Shown in pieces: positions 40,077 to 48,963 of a DNA stretch of 64,000 bases. Made by a program: the position numbers and the translations under genes. Positions within the stretch are counted from its first letter, which is position 1, and every line of letters starts with the position of its first letter. The stretch is from Thermoleophilia bacterium (lineage in GTDB: Bacteria; Actinomycetota; Thermoleophilia; RBG-16-64-13). Location: assembly GCA_040768135.1 (NCBI GenBank), contig JAXGNF010000002.1:18435-82434 (forward strand). The letters run 5' to 3'. The notes under the pieces are model-generated. The model was not told the origin of the DNA. It made no database searches and saw nothing but the letters and a program-made list of their open reading frames with translations.

Positions 40077-41849
40077 CTACGGCACAGACAGCCGGTAGCC
40101 ACGAGCCAGGAGCTTCGCACGCACCGCCTGGTAGGACACGTCGTGCGGATCGACCCCCGACTCTGCAGCTTCGATGACGATCATCGCTGCGGCCCCGCCC
40201 ATATTGGCCCGAGTGTGCTCCATGCGGATGGCAGAACTGTAAGCCATGCAGTCGGTGGACACTGCTGTTGACATCAGGAGCGCCGGATGACCGGCGGCCA
40301 TCAACGCCTTCATGGGTACGTAGACATACCGCGTGGTCTCGATGTGGTTGAGCGGCGAGGAGTCGTGCCGATCGTACTCACAGTAGCAACCGATGGCGAC
40401 CGGTTCGACTGATGACCCGGCCCGCAGCGCGACGGCCGTGTAGGTGTCAAGCCCTACGATACGGGGACCCTCGCGCACGTATAGTTTCTGTGGTATGGAG
40501 TCGATCCCCACACGCGGGTACCCATTCTCCTGCAGGTAGCGGACCCGATTGATCACCCATTCGAGCACGCGCTTCCGAATGTCCCCTCGCTTCTCCGGTT
40601 GGAACACCCACTGGTACGAGAGACCGATGTCGGGCCAGTCGCTCCAGGTCTCGTTGAGTTCTCGTTTGCCGTTCGGCAACACCGCGATCTGCATGCTCCA
40701 ACTGCCACCGAAGGCGGCGAGGTTCTTCGCTGCGAAAGTCGTCCCCGCATAAGAGGCCGGGTTGTAGTTGGGATGAACCAGCGAGGCCACGCGGGGCGCG
40801 CGACCCGACGTATACACTTTCAGTGTCAACAGAGCCGAAAACCGCTGAGGAGCGGTCGCATAACTGTCTACGATACTCGGATAGGGGGGTTTGTTACCCG
40901 TCTGATCGTTAAAGACGTCTTCGGCGCTTCCCACCCGATAGTCGGCCCCCAGCATGCGGGCCAGGTCGGCCTCGACACTCGCGTCGATGAAGAAGCGGGT
41001 GCGAAGACGGGTAAGACCGCCCCCTTCTACCTCGATGTCAACGTAGCGCTCGTCACCTTGATCGTTGGCTGCAACAAGGTTGGCTGAATAGAAAAGGACG
41101 TTGGGTGCCGCCGCCCCCCTGACGTACGACCAGAGCAGCTGCGCAGCGATCTGAGGCTCATAAACAAAACGACCGCCGGTGGTGAACGCCCGCCGGCCCT
41201 GCTGAGCGTAATACTTGATAACCGCCTGCCGCCATTCACCGTAGAACCCACCGGAGACGTCACTGATGTTGCGGGCGTCCTCCACACTGAGGCCTTGAGT
41301 CAGCGGGGTCTCAAGAAGGTTGCCGCACGAGATGAGTGCGACCCGGAGGTGGGGAGCGCCCAGCGCCAGCTCGCGCACAGCCGCCAAACCAGAGGTCTGA
41401 GTGGCGTAGACAACCACATCGACATCCTCCGTCGTAGCGCCCGTGGGGAGAGTCGTGGTCGTTGATTCCGGCAAGGCGGTCGACTCCGGGGCAGTAGTCG
41501 ACACCGGCGAGGAAGTCGGTCCCGAGGCGGTCGTCGAGGGGGAATCGACCGGCGCCGGAACTGTTTCGGTGGTGGACGGATGCACCCATCTGCCCACGCT
41601 GACCTGCCCTTCAGGCACACCAGCAGCCCCGATCGGTTGGGCCCCGACGGCGAAAGCCGCGGCAAAGCCCGGCCCGGCGGGGGTCGATTGCGTGAACTCG
41701 GTCTCAGCAAAGACGGGAGACTCGGCGGTCCCCAAACCTATCGCGAGGAAGCAGAGGACGACTCCCACGACCAACAGCAGGACCACCAGACGCATCCATA
41801 TCCTACTCTGGCCCCACAGCCGGGTCCCTCTAGATATGACCTTCCTCAC
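40077..41849 (-). CDS. Membrane-anchored FAD-dependent-oxidoreductase-like protein (PF12831-like) with a degenerate dinucleotide-binding motif and a Ser/Thr/Pro-rich linker. The likely start is the Met of MRLVVLLL near 41795.
   Basis: 590 aa; the first beta-strand reads DVVVYATQTSGLAAV where GxGxxG is expected; one N-terminal TM. Confidence 0.55.
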   Translation of the reverse strand: MRKVISRGTRLWGQSRIWMRLVVLLLVVGVVLCFLAIGLGTAESPVFAETEFTQSTPAGPGFAAAFAVGAQPIGAAGVPEGQVSVGRWVHPSTTETVPAPVDSPSTTASGPTSSPVSTTAPESTALPESTTTTLPTGATTEDVDVVVYATQTSGLAAVRELALGAPHLRVALISCGNLLETPLTQGLSVEDARNISDVSGGFYGEWRQAVIKYYAQQGRRAFTTGGRFVYEPQIAAQLLWSYVRGAAAPNVLFYSANLVAANDQGDERYVDIEVEGGGLTRLRTRFFIDASVEADLARMLGADYRVGSAEDVFNDQTGNKPPYPSIVDSYATAPQRFSALLTLKVYTSGRAPRVASLVHPNYNPASYAGTTFAAKNLAAFGGSWSMQIAVLPNGKRELNETWSDWPDIGLSYQWVFQPEKRGDIRKRVLEWVINRVRYLQENGYPRVGIDSIPQKLYVREGPRIVGLDTYTAVALRAGSSVEPVAIGCYCEYDRHDSSPLNHIETTRYVYVPMKALMAAGHPALLMSTAVSTDCMAYSSAIRMEHTRANMGGAAAMIVIEAAESGVDPHDVSYQAVRAKLLARGYRLSVP

Positions 41850-42294
41850 GCAGTCTCCTCACGTCGGCCAGCACCTTCGCAGCATGTCCCTTTGCCTTGA
41901 CCCGTTGATAGGCTAACAGAATCGTCCCGTCCGTGCCGATCAGGACCGTATCCCGCTCGTGCGGACCGGACGTATCGCTCTTAAGTGTCCCGTAGGCCGC
42001 GCCGATGCTACGGTCTTCATCGTCGACCAAGTCGAACTTCAGGTCGTACTTCTCTTTGAACCTCTCGAGCCGTGCCGCCGGGTCCACCGACGTCCCGACC
42101 ACCGTCACCCCCAGTTCTTTGAATTCAGGAAGTAGTTGGTTGAACTCAACCGCCTCCGTCGTTCAGCCTGGGGTCATCGCCCGCGGGAAGAAGTAAAGTA
42201 CTACCGGTCCCGACTCCAACAGGTGCCCAAGAGCGACTGCCCCCTCGGCCCGCGGCACTGTGAAAATCGGCGCCTTCTCACCTATCCCCAGCAT
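41830..42294 (-). CDS. bcp: Bcp/PrxQ-type peroxiredoxin with an in-frame TGA (42163-42165) at the peroxidatic-Cys position; candidate selenocysteine-containing 1-Sec peroxiredoxin, 154 codons
   Basis: Translation from the ATG at 42294 reads MLGIGEKAPIFTVPRAEGAVALGHLLESGPVVLYFFPRAMTPG, then TGA, then TTEAVEFNQLLPEFKELG, continuing in frame into the 92-aa track ORF. AGGAGAGGAGGG Shine-Dalgarno upstream. E. coli Bcp (from memory) has YFYPKAMTPGCT. Confidence 0.75.
42128..42157 (-). promoter_or_regulatory. Candidate bacterial SECIS hairpin (mRNA GGAGGCGGUUGAGUUCAACCAACUACUUCC) starting 6 nt after the UGA
   Basis: An apical GGUUG..CAACC stem with a small AGUU loop. GGUUG sits at +12 to +16 from the UGA, the same offset as in the E. 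coli fdhF SECIS as recalled from memory. An outer GGAGG/CUUCC stem encloses it. Confidence 0.5.
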
Positions 42295-42310
42295 CCCGGA
42301 CCCTCCTCTC

Positions 42311-42616
42311 CTAGTCGGTCATCCCCCGTGACTCTATGGGCCCATAGGCCGATTCGTACTTCCTTACGTTGTCGGCAAGAGCCTCGACGATGCGCTTCAT
42401 GTGCGCGGGGTTGGTCACCACCCGGGCGACCACCTGTCCGTTCCCCCCTACGACCATGGCGAAATCCATGATGAACTCCGAGGGAGAATGCTGGACCATC
42501 ATACTGTTGGCGTACACCCCGCCCGCCACTTGCTCGGACATCCGCAGCTGAAGATCGGGCCGCTTATGGCCGTTACCATCGCCCGGGCCCTCCTGCATGC
42601 CTTCCCTTTTCGCCAT
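42311..42616 (-). CDS. DUF3467-like small protein
   Basis: 101 aa; YANSMMVQHSPSEFIMDF...VVARVVTNPAHMKRIVEAL resembles DUF3467, recalled from memory. Confidence 0.6.
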   Translation of the reverse strand: MAKREGMQEGPGDGNGHKRPDLQLRMSEQVAGGVYANSMMVQHSPSEFIMDFAMVVGGNGQVVARVVTNPAHMKRIVEALADNVRKYESAYGPIESRGMTD

Positions 42617-42712
42617 ATCCTCCTCCTAACCAGCGCCGGCCGGTGATTCGGCGCCCCTAGTCAACGAACCCTTCGGACGGCAGGACCAAACCGGGCGCCA
42701 TCCTTCGACCCA

Positions 42713-44224
42713 TCAGGCCTCTCCTCGGGCGCGCTCGAAGCGGCGCGCCCCTTCCACGACGGTGAGTCTCACCCGCCCGGTGAGTGTCTCGCCCAGGAAG
42801 GCACAGTTACGACCTTTGCTGCGCAGACTCGCAGGAGTTACTTCCCAGGTCTCGCCCAGATCGACCACACAGAGGTCGGCCGAGGCCCCCACAGTCAGCC
42901 GCGGCTCAGCTAAGCCCAGGACGCGACACGGCCCTCCAGACAGAGCTTCCACCAGACGGCCGAGCGATAGCGCACCGGTCAGCACGAGGCCGGTGTAAAG
43001 AGCGGCGAAGGCGGTCTCCAGACCGGTAGTCCCGCAGAGGGCGTCTTCGATCGGCACCTCTTTCTCCTGCGGTGCATGGGGAGCGTGATCGGTACCGACA
43101 CAGTCTATGGTCCCGTCGGCAAGAGCAGCGACCAGAGCCTCCCGATCGGCGGCCGATCGGAGAGGGGGATTGACCTTGAGGTTCTGATCGAAGCTGGTCA
43201 GGCGATCGTCGCTCAACAGCAGGTGATGGGGCGTCACCTCTGCGGTAACGGGCAACCCTTCCTCTTTGGCGCAGCGCATCAGGCGCACGCTATCAGCCGC
43301 CGAGAGGTGTTGAAAATGAGCAACAGGGGTGAACCGGCGGGCGCCTGCAGCCGAGTCGTCTCTCAGACCGAGGCCGCCGACGGTTACCCCTGCCGGCCCG
43401 GGCAGAGCGGTAGCGCCTGTCATCACTTCACCCGTGGGCATACTATTTGGAAGTATTCGCGCCGCCGACAAGCGCCTTTCTTCAGCGTGGACGTAACGCA
43501 CCATCTCGAGGTCGCGGGCCAAGGGACCAGACTCCGAAACCGCGGGTATCCCCCGCAGTCCCAGACGAGCGCTCCATCTGCCCTCGTGCATGACCCCGTC
43601 TACCGAGAGCGTCCTGTTCTCGAGGTGAAGGAGCAGGGGTCTACCCATCCCCCGCGCGTATCGCAGGGCATGGAGCAGCAGATCGGCATCGAACACCGGT
43701 TGGCCGTCATCCGAGAACGCCACCACTCCCGCGTCGGCCAACTCCCACATCTCGGCCAGCTCCTCGCCTCTCAGGCCTTTGCTGACCGCGCCCACCTGGC
43801 CGATGCGGACATGCGCATCCACACCGGCCTGGTCAAGCACCCAAGCGGCCACGGGCCCACAATCGACCACTGGGTCGGTGTTGGCCATCGCCACAACCGC
43901 TACGTAACCTCCCGCGGCGGCGGCCAACGATCCCGAAAGAAGATCTTCTTTGTACTCATATCCCGGGGTACGAAGATGAACATGCGGGTCGACGAAACCG
44001 GGGAACACCCAGCAGCCGGCCAGATCGTCAAGTTTCTCCACCCCCGGTGGCCCGGCCACCCCTTCTCCGAGGGCCGCGATCGAACCGTCCTCGATCAAGA
44101 GATCGCCTTCGAGATCCACTCCATGCTGAGGATCGAAGAGATGTACGCCGGGGAGGAGAAAACGTTCGGGGAGCGCCCGCCTGCAGACTAGCTTGGGCGC
44201 GGAGGGACGAGGGCTCGTGTCCAT
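42713..44224 (-). CDS. pyrC: Dihydroorotase (cyclic amidohydrolase). The track start (GTG at 44245) lies inside the PyrR motif; the likely start is the ATG at 44224.
   Basis: The DPHVHLR metal-binding motif and an amidohydrolase fold; an insertion of about 100 aa makes it long at 503 aa. Confidence 0.85.
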   Translation of the reverse strand: MDTSPRPSAPKLVCRRALPERFLLPGVHLFDPQHGVDLEGDLLIEDGSIAALGEGVAGPPGVEKLDDLAGCWVFPGFVDPHVHLRTPGYEYKEDLLSGSLAAAAGGYVAVVAMANTDPVVDCGPVAAWVLDQAGVDAHVRIGQVGAVSKGLRGEELAEMWELADAGVVAFSDDGQPVFDADLLLHALRYARGMGRPLLLHLENRTLSVDGVMHEGRWSARLGLRGIPAVSESGPLARDLEMVRYVHAEERRLSAARILPNSMPTGEVMTGATALPGPAGVTVGGLGLRDDSAAGARRFTPVAHFQHLSAADSVRLMRCAKEEGLPVTAEVTPHHLLLSDDRLTSFDQNLKVNPPLRSAADREALVAALADGTIDCVGTDHAPHAPQEKEVPIEDALCGTTGLETAFAALYTGLVLTGALSLGRLVEALSGGPCRVLGLAEPRLTVGASADLCVVDLGETWEVTPASLRSKGRNCAFLGETLTGRVRLTVVEGARRFERARGEA

Positions 44225-44231
44225 CCGGGTT

Positions 44232-44261
44232 CCTTTCGGTCTCACGGGACTCGTTTAAAGG
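44232..44261 (-). promoter_or_regulatory. PyrR-binding RNA motif (CCUUUAAACGAGUCCCGUGAGACCGAAAGG) directly upstream of the pyrC ATG; its 3-prime strand contains the Shine-Dalgarno sequence
   Basis: Near-identical to the pyrB and carB copies; AAAGGAACCCGG AUG. Confidence 0.6.
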
Positions 44262-44349
44262 TCGTCTTATGGTAGCGCGGATGCATGAGAGGGTCCAGCG
44301 CTTCTGAGCACAACACCTGTGAGACTAGAAACGCCACGGAACTCTCCAC

Positions 44350-45117
44350 TTAGACCGTCGACCTCCCTTGAGCGGAAGGCTCGTAGTCGAGCCAGGTCGG
44401 CAGAGACGAAGAAGCCGCGCGGAGCCTAGCCCTATGATCGCGCCACCCCGGATCACACGCCTCCAGTAGTGCCCAGAAGCGCGGTGAGTGGTTCATCTCG
44501 CGCGTGTGGCAGAGCTCGTGGAGCAGCACATGGTCGACCACCTCAGGCGACAGAAAGAGCAGGCGCGCGTTCAGGGATATTGTCTTTCGGCGAGAACAAC
44601 TGGCCCAGCGCGTCCGTTGCTGCCGGACGGCCACCGATCCATAGTCAAAGCCGTGCCGACGCGCGAGCAAATCCAGACGAGGCCCAAGAGCCATCCGCGC
44701 CTTCCGGCTTAGCCAGCGACACAGTGCGTCTTTGCCTGCCGACGGGTCTTCGATCCCGCCGCTCACCACTAGGAGTCCTCGGGGGCGCTCACGCGCTGCT
44801 GCGCGGCAAGCCCGGCATCCAGAGCCGGCGGGCGCCGGGACGGCCGGCACATACTCGACATCCCACTCCTCGTCAATGGCGGCCAGAAGGATCTTTTCTG
44901 GGAGCCTAGGTGGCTCAATCTGCAACCGTCTGCGCCGATCTTCCATACGGGAGGCCGTCCGGGCGATCCAGGCCCGTCTACTCTCGAGCACTTCGGGAAG
45001 CCTGCGGTGATCGAAGTCCTGGGGGACCACGACTTCCAGCCCTCGCTCCACCGTCATGACGAGGCGCACGCGCCGGGCGCGTGCGCTCACCCGCACCGAG
45101 TACTCCCGGTCAACCAA
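44350..45117 (-). CDS. YgjP-like / M48-related metal-dependent hydrolase (DUF45)
   Basis: 255 aa with the C-terminal HELCHTREMNHSPRFW HExxH-type motif. Confidence 0.7.
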   Translation of the reverse strand: MVDREYSVRVSARARRVRLVMTVERGLEVVVPQDFDHRRLPEVLESRRAWIARTASRMEDRRRRLQIEPPRLPEKILLAAIDEEWDVEYVPAVPAPAGSGCRACRAAARERPRGLLVVSGGIEDPSAGKDALCRWLSRKARMALGPRLDLLARRHGFDYGSVAVRQQRTRWASCSRRKTISLNARLLFLSPEVVDHVLLHELCHTREMNHSPRFWALLEACDPGWRDHRARLRAASSSLPTWLDYEPSAQGRSTV

Positions 45118-45187
45118 GTGACATGGCCTTCAATACACGACCCGCCTTCTGACGGCCGCAATATCCTGCAGCCTTCCCCTCCCCGGA

Positions 45188-48100
45188 CTAGTGCTCCTCG
45201 GTCTCATCAAAGTCCCGCCCCGCCGGCAGGTTCGGACCGCTGCTCTCCACGGTGACTCCGCGGGCTCCGGTCGCAGCCAGGACCTCCTCGTCCACCACTC
45301 CGGGCTCGAACGGACAAGCCTCGCTGTAAACCATCTCCGCCTGCTGTTTAAGGATCTGCCACCGGGTACACACATGCTTCTGCGCTTTGTCCCACAGCAG
45401 CTCAGCTGCCTCGGGGTAGGCCTTCTTAAGCATGTTGTACCGGTTCTCCTTGGGAACGAATTCCTCCACCGGCAGCGACATCTCTTTGGAGTCGATCTGC
45501 AGAGGGTTCTTGCCCTGCGCCGCCAGGCGCGGGTCGAACCGATAGCAGATCCAAGAGCCGGACTGCACCGCCATCTTCTGATGCTCATAGCCCCGGCTCA
45601 TGTCAAAGCCCATACTGATGCAGTGGCTGTAGGCGATGATCAGACTGGGGCCGTCGTAGGACTCGGCCTCCACAAAGGCGCGCACCGTCTGGGAGTCGCT
45701 GTATCCCATGGCCACTTGAGCCACGTAGACGTTGCCGTAGGTCATGGCGATAGACCCCAGGTCTTTCTTACCGGTTGTCTTCCCTCCGGCGGCGAACAGA
45801 GCCACCGATCCCATCGGTGTGGCCTTAGACATCTGGCCGCCCGTATTCGAGTACATCTGCGTATTCAGCACCAGCAAGTTGATGTTGCGCTGGGAGGCGA
45901 GAACGTGGTCCAGTCCTCCGTAACCGATGTCAAAAGCCCATCCATCGCCGCCGACGCCCCAGACGCTCTTCTTGACCAGGTAGTCGGCGACGGCCAGGAG
46001 CCGGCCGTACCGGGGGTCGTCTCCATTGCCCGCTAGAGCCGTTTCGATCTTCACTTTCAGTTCGGCCACCCGAGCCCGTTGCGCCGCGATCTCAGCCTCG
46101 TCCTCCTGCTTGGACGCCAGAAGAGCCTCCGCCAGATCAGCGCCGATGACCTCGCGCAACTCTGCGACCAGTTCGCGGGCGAACTCGGAGTGCTTGTCCA
46201 CGGTCAGCCGCAGACCGAAGCTGAACTCAGCGGCGTCCTCGAACAACGAGTTGTTCCAAGCGGGGCCGCGGCCGTCCCTGTTCCTGGAGTAGGGCGTGGT
46301 GGGTAGATTGCCCCCGTAAATGCTTGAACACCCGGTGGCATTGCCGATGAGCAATCGATCGCCCACCAACTGGGTGAGAAGCTTGAGATAAGGTGTCTCT
46401 CCACACCCGGCACATGCTCCCGGATATTCGAACAGGGGCCGCAACAACTGGCTACCTTTGACCGTGTTGACCCGCACTTCGGTGCGGTCGGGGTCATGCA
46501 GGCGGAGGAAGAAGAGGTAGTTCTGCCGTTCCTGTTCGCGCAGCGGCGGCTGGAAGGCCATGTTGATAGCATGCCGTTCCGGATCGGCTTTGTCTCTACC
46601 CGGGCAGATCTGTACGCAGGCTCCGCAACCGGTGCAATCCTCCACCGCCACCTGCACGGTCCACTTCTTACCGGCGTATTCCTTCCCTTTAGCGTCTACC
46701 GATTTGAAAGTGGGTGGAGCCCCCTCCAAAGCCTCCGGGTCGTACAGCTTCGTACGGATACAGGCGTGCGGACAGTGCAGCGAACACTTGCCACACTGGA
46801 TACACAACTCCGGTTCCCACACCGGTACCTCCAAAGCGATGTTGCGCTTCTCCCAGCGGGTAGTGGCGACCGGCCAGACCCCGTCGTCGGGGATCTTGCT
46901 CACCGGCAGGCTGTCGCCCTCGCCGGCCATGATGCGGGCGGTGACCTCCTGCACGAACTCAGGCGCTTCTGCAGGCACCAGCTTGGGCTTGCGCCGCGTA
47001 CTCGTCACCGCCGCCGGCACCTCGATACGGTGCAAATTGGCGATGGCTTGGTCGACGGCGTTGTAGTTCATCTGCACGACCTTCTCGCCTCGTTTGCCGT
47101 AGGTCGTTTCGATGGCCTTCTTGATAGCCGTGACCGCCTGTTCGGGCGGGATGATGTTAGACAGGTAGAAGAAGCAGGTCTGCATGATGGTGTTGATACG
47201 CCCCCCCATACCGGTCTCTTTGGCGACTTGGTAGGCGTTGATGGCGTAGACCTTCAGCCCGAGCTTGATTATCCAGTCCTGAGTCTCATACGGGAGTCTG
47301 TCCCAGACCTCTTCGGCGGGAAAAGGAGCGTTGAGCAGGAAGATGCCTCCCGGGACGGCCGCAGCCAGAGTCCTGTATCTCTCCACAAAAGCCCATACGT
47401 GGCAGGCGATGAAGTCGGCTCTATTCAGTAAGTAGGCCGAACGGATAGGTTGAGGGCCGAAGCGTAAATGGCTGACGGTGAGCACCCCGGCTTTCTTGGA
47501 GTCGTACACGAAATAGCCTTGGACATAATTCTCAGTGTCTTCTCCGATGATCTTGATCGAGTTCTTGTTGGCACCCACCGTGCCGTCACTACCAAGACCG
47601 TAGAAAAGGGCCCGGTACACGTTCTCGGGTTCGGTGCTGAAGGTCGGGTCGTACTCCAGGCTGGTGTAGGTGACGTCGTCATCGATGCCCAACGTGAAGT
47701 GGTTCTTGGGTTGCGGCTTGTTGAGCTCGTCGAATACGGCCTTGACCATGGCCGGAGTGAACTCCTTGCTCGAAAGGCCGTAGCGGCCCCCGATGACCTT
47801 CGCATCGAGACCCACCTCAGCCACCGCATTGACCACGTCGAGGTATAGAGGTTCACCGGCGGCTCCCGGCTCCTTGGTCCGGTCGAGAACCCCGATCAGC
47901 TTCGTCGTTTTGGGGAGGGCAGCCGCAAAATGCGCGACGCTGAAGGGTCGGTACAGTCTCACCTTCAGCACTCCCACCTTCTCGCCCCTCGCGGTCAGAT
48001 AGTCCACAGTCTCGTGAACGGTCTCCGCTCCCGAACCCATGAGCACAAGCACGCGTTCGGCTTCCGGGGAGCCCACATAGTCGAACAGGTGATAACTACG

Positions 48101-48862
48101 GCCCGTGAGTTCAGCGAAGGCGTCCATATACTCTTGGACGATCCCTGGGGTCGCGAGATAGTACTTGTTGACGCTCTCCCTCCCCTGGAAGTACACATCG
48201 GGGTTCTGGCTCGTGCCGCGGATGGTGGGGCGGTCGGGACTCATGGCCCGTTCACGTACAACCTGCACGAGGTTCTCGTCGACCATCGCTCGAAGCACAT
48301 CGTCTCCCAGGAGTTCGAACTTCTGCACCTCATGAGAAGTACGGAACCCGTCACAGAAATGAATGAAGGGCACCCGGGACTTCAGCGTCGCTGCGGTTCC
48401 GATGAGGGCCAGGTCGTGGGCTTCTTGCACCGAATTCGAAGCCAGAAGGGCGAACCCGGTCTGCCTCACAGCCATGACATCCTGGTGGTCGCCGAAGATG
48501 CTGAGCGCCTGAGCGGCAATCGACCGAGCCGTCACATGCCAGCAGGTGGGAGTCAACTCACCCGCGATCTTGTACATCGTGGGGATCATAAGGAGGAGAC
48601 CCTGACTGGCTGTGAAAGTGGTGCTGAGCGAACCCGCCTGCAGAGCTCCATGGACGGCCGCAGCCGCCCCGCCTTCCGATTGCATTTCGACCACCACGGG
48701 AACCGTACCCCAGAGGTTCTTCTGGCCGGCTGCGCTCCAAGCGTCTGCATGTTCGGCGATGGGACTTGAGGGGGTAATCGGGTAGATGGCGATTACTTCG
48801 TTCAGCCTATACGCAACGTGGGCGATGGCTTCGGTGCCATCCATCACTGCCATGTTCTTCAC
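45188..48862 (-). CDS. nifJ: Pyruvate:ferredoxin (flavodoxin) oxidoreductase, single-polypeptide PFOR
   Basis: 1224 aa; the N-terminus MDGTEAIAHVAYRLNEVIAIYPITPSS, two 4Fe-4S ferredoxin motifs (CIQCGKCSLHCP and CTGCGACVQICP) and a TPP domain. Confidence 0.9.
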   Translation of the reverse strand: MKNMAVMDGTEAIAHVAYRLNEVIAIYPITPSSPIAEHADAWSAAGQKNLWGTVPVVVEMQSEGGAAAAVHGALQAGSLSTTFTASQGLLLMIPTMYKIAGELTPTCWHVTARSIAAQALSIFGDHQDVMAVRQTGFALLASNSVQEAHDLALIGTAATLKSRVPFIHFCDGFRTSHEVQKFELLGDDVLRAMVDENLVQVVRERAMSPDRPTIRGTSQNPDVYFQGRESVNKYYLATPGIVQEYMDAFAELTGRSYHLFDYVGSPEAERVLVLMGSGAETVHETVDYLTARGEKVGVLKVRLYRPFSVAHFAAALPKTTKLIGVLDRTKEPGAAGEPLYLDVVNAVAEVGLDAKVIGGRYGLSSKEFTPAMVKAVFDELNKPQPKNHFTLGIDDDVTYTSLEYDPTFSTEPENVYRALFYGLGSDGTVGANKNSIKIIGEDTENYVQGYFVYDSKKAGVLTVSHLRFGPQPIRSAYLLNRADFIACHVWAFVERYRTLAAAVPGGIFLLNAPFPAEEVWDRLPYETQDWIIKLGLKVYAINAYQVAKETGMGGRINTIMQTCFFYLSNIIPPEQAVTAIKKAIETTYGKRGEKVVQMNYNAVDQAIANLHRIEVPAAVTSTRRKPKLVPAEAPEFVQEVTARIMAGEGDSLPVSKIPDDGVWPVATTRWEKRNIALEVPVWEPELCIQCGKCSLHCPHACIRTKLYDPEALEGAPPTFKSVDAKGKEYAGKKWTVQVAVEDCTGCGACVQICPGRDKADPERHAINMAFQPPLREQERQNYLFFLRLHDPDRTEVRVNTVKGSQLLRPLFEYPGACAGCGETPYLKLLTQLVGDRLLIGNATGCSSIYGGNLPTTPYSRNRDGRGPAWNNSLFEDAAEFSFGLRLTVDKHSEFARELVAELREVIGADLAEALLASKQEDEAEIAAQRARVAELKVKIETALAGNGDDPRYGRLLAVADYLVKKSVWGVGGDGWAFDIGYGGLDHVLASQRNINLLVLNTQMYSNTGGQMSKATPMGSVALFAAGGKTTGKKDLGSIAMTYGNVYVAQVAMGYSDSQTVRAFVEAESYDGPSLIIAYSHCISMGFDMSRGYEHQKMAVQSGSWICYRFDPRLAAQGKNPLQIDSKEMSLPVEEFVPKENRYNMLKKAYPEAAELLWDKAQKHVCTRWQILKQQAEMVYSEACPFEPGVVDEEVLAATGARGVTVESSGPNLPAGRDFDETEEH

Positions 48863-48963
48863 TATGGTGATCCTCTCCGTGGAACGCCCCCATCAGGGCT
48901 TGGTCTGCGCGGCGGGGTCTGTGTTTTACGTGACTTACTGTGGTCTTTGGGGTCCATGGATCC

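Noticed and set aside
45191-48769. Several 80-310-aa plus-strand ORFs opposite PFOR
   Set aside because: Antisense to a 1224-aa gene with unambiguous motifs; translations have a biased composition.
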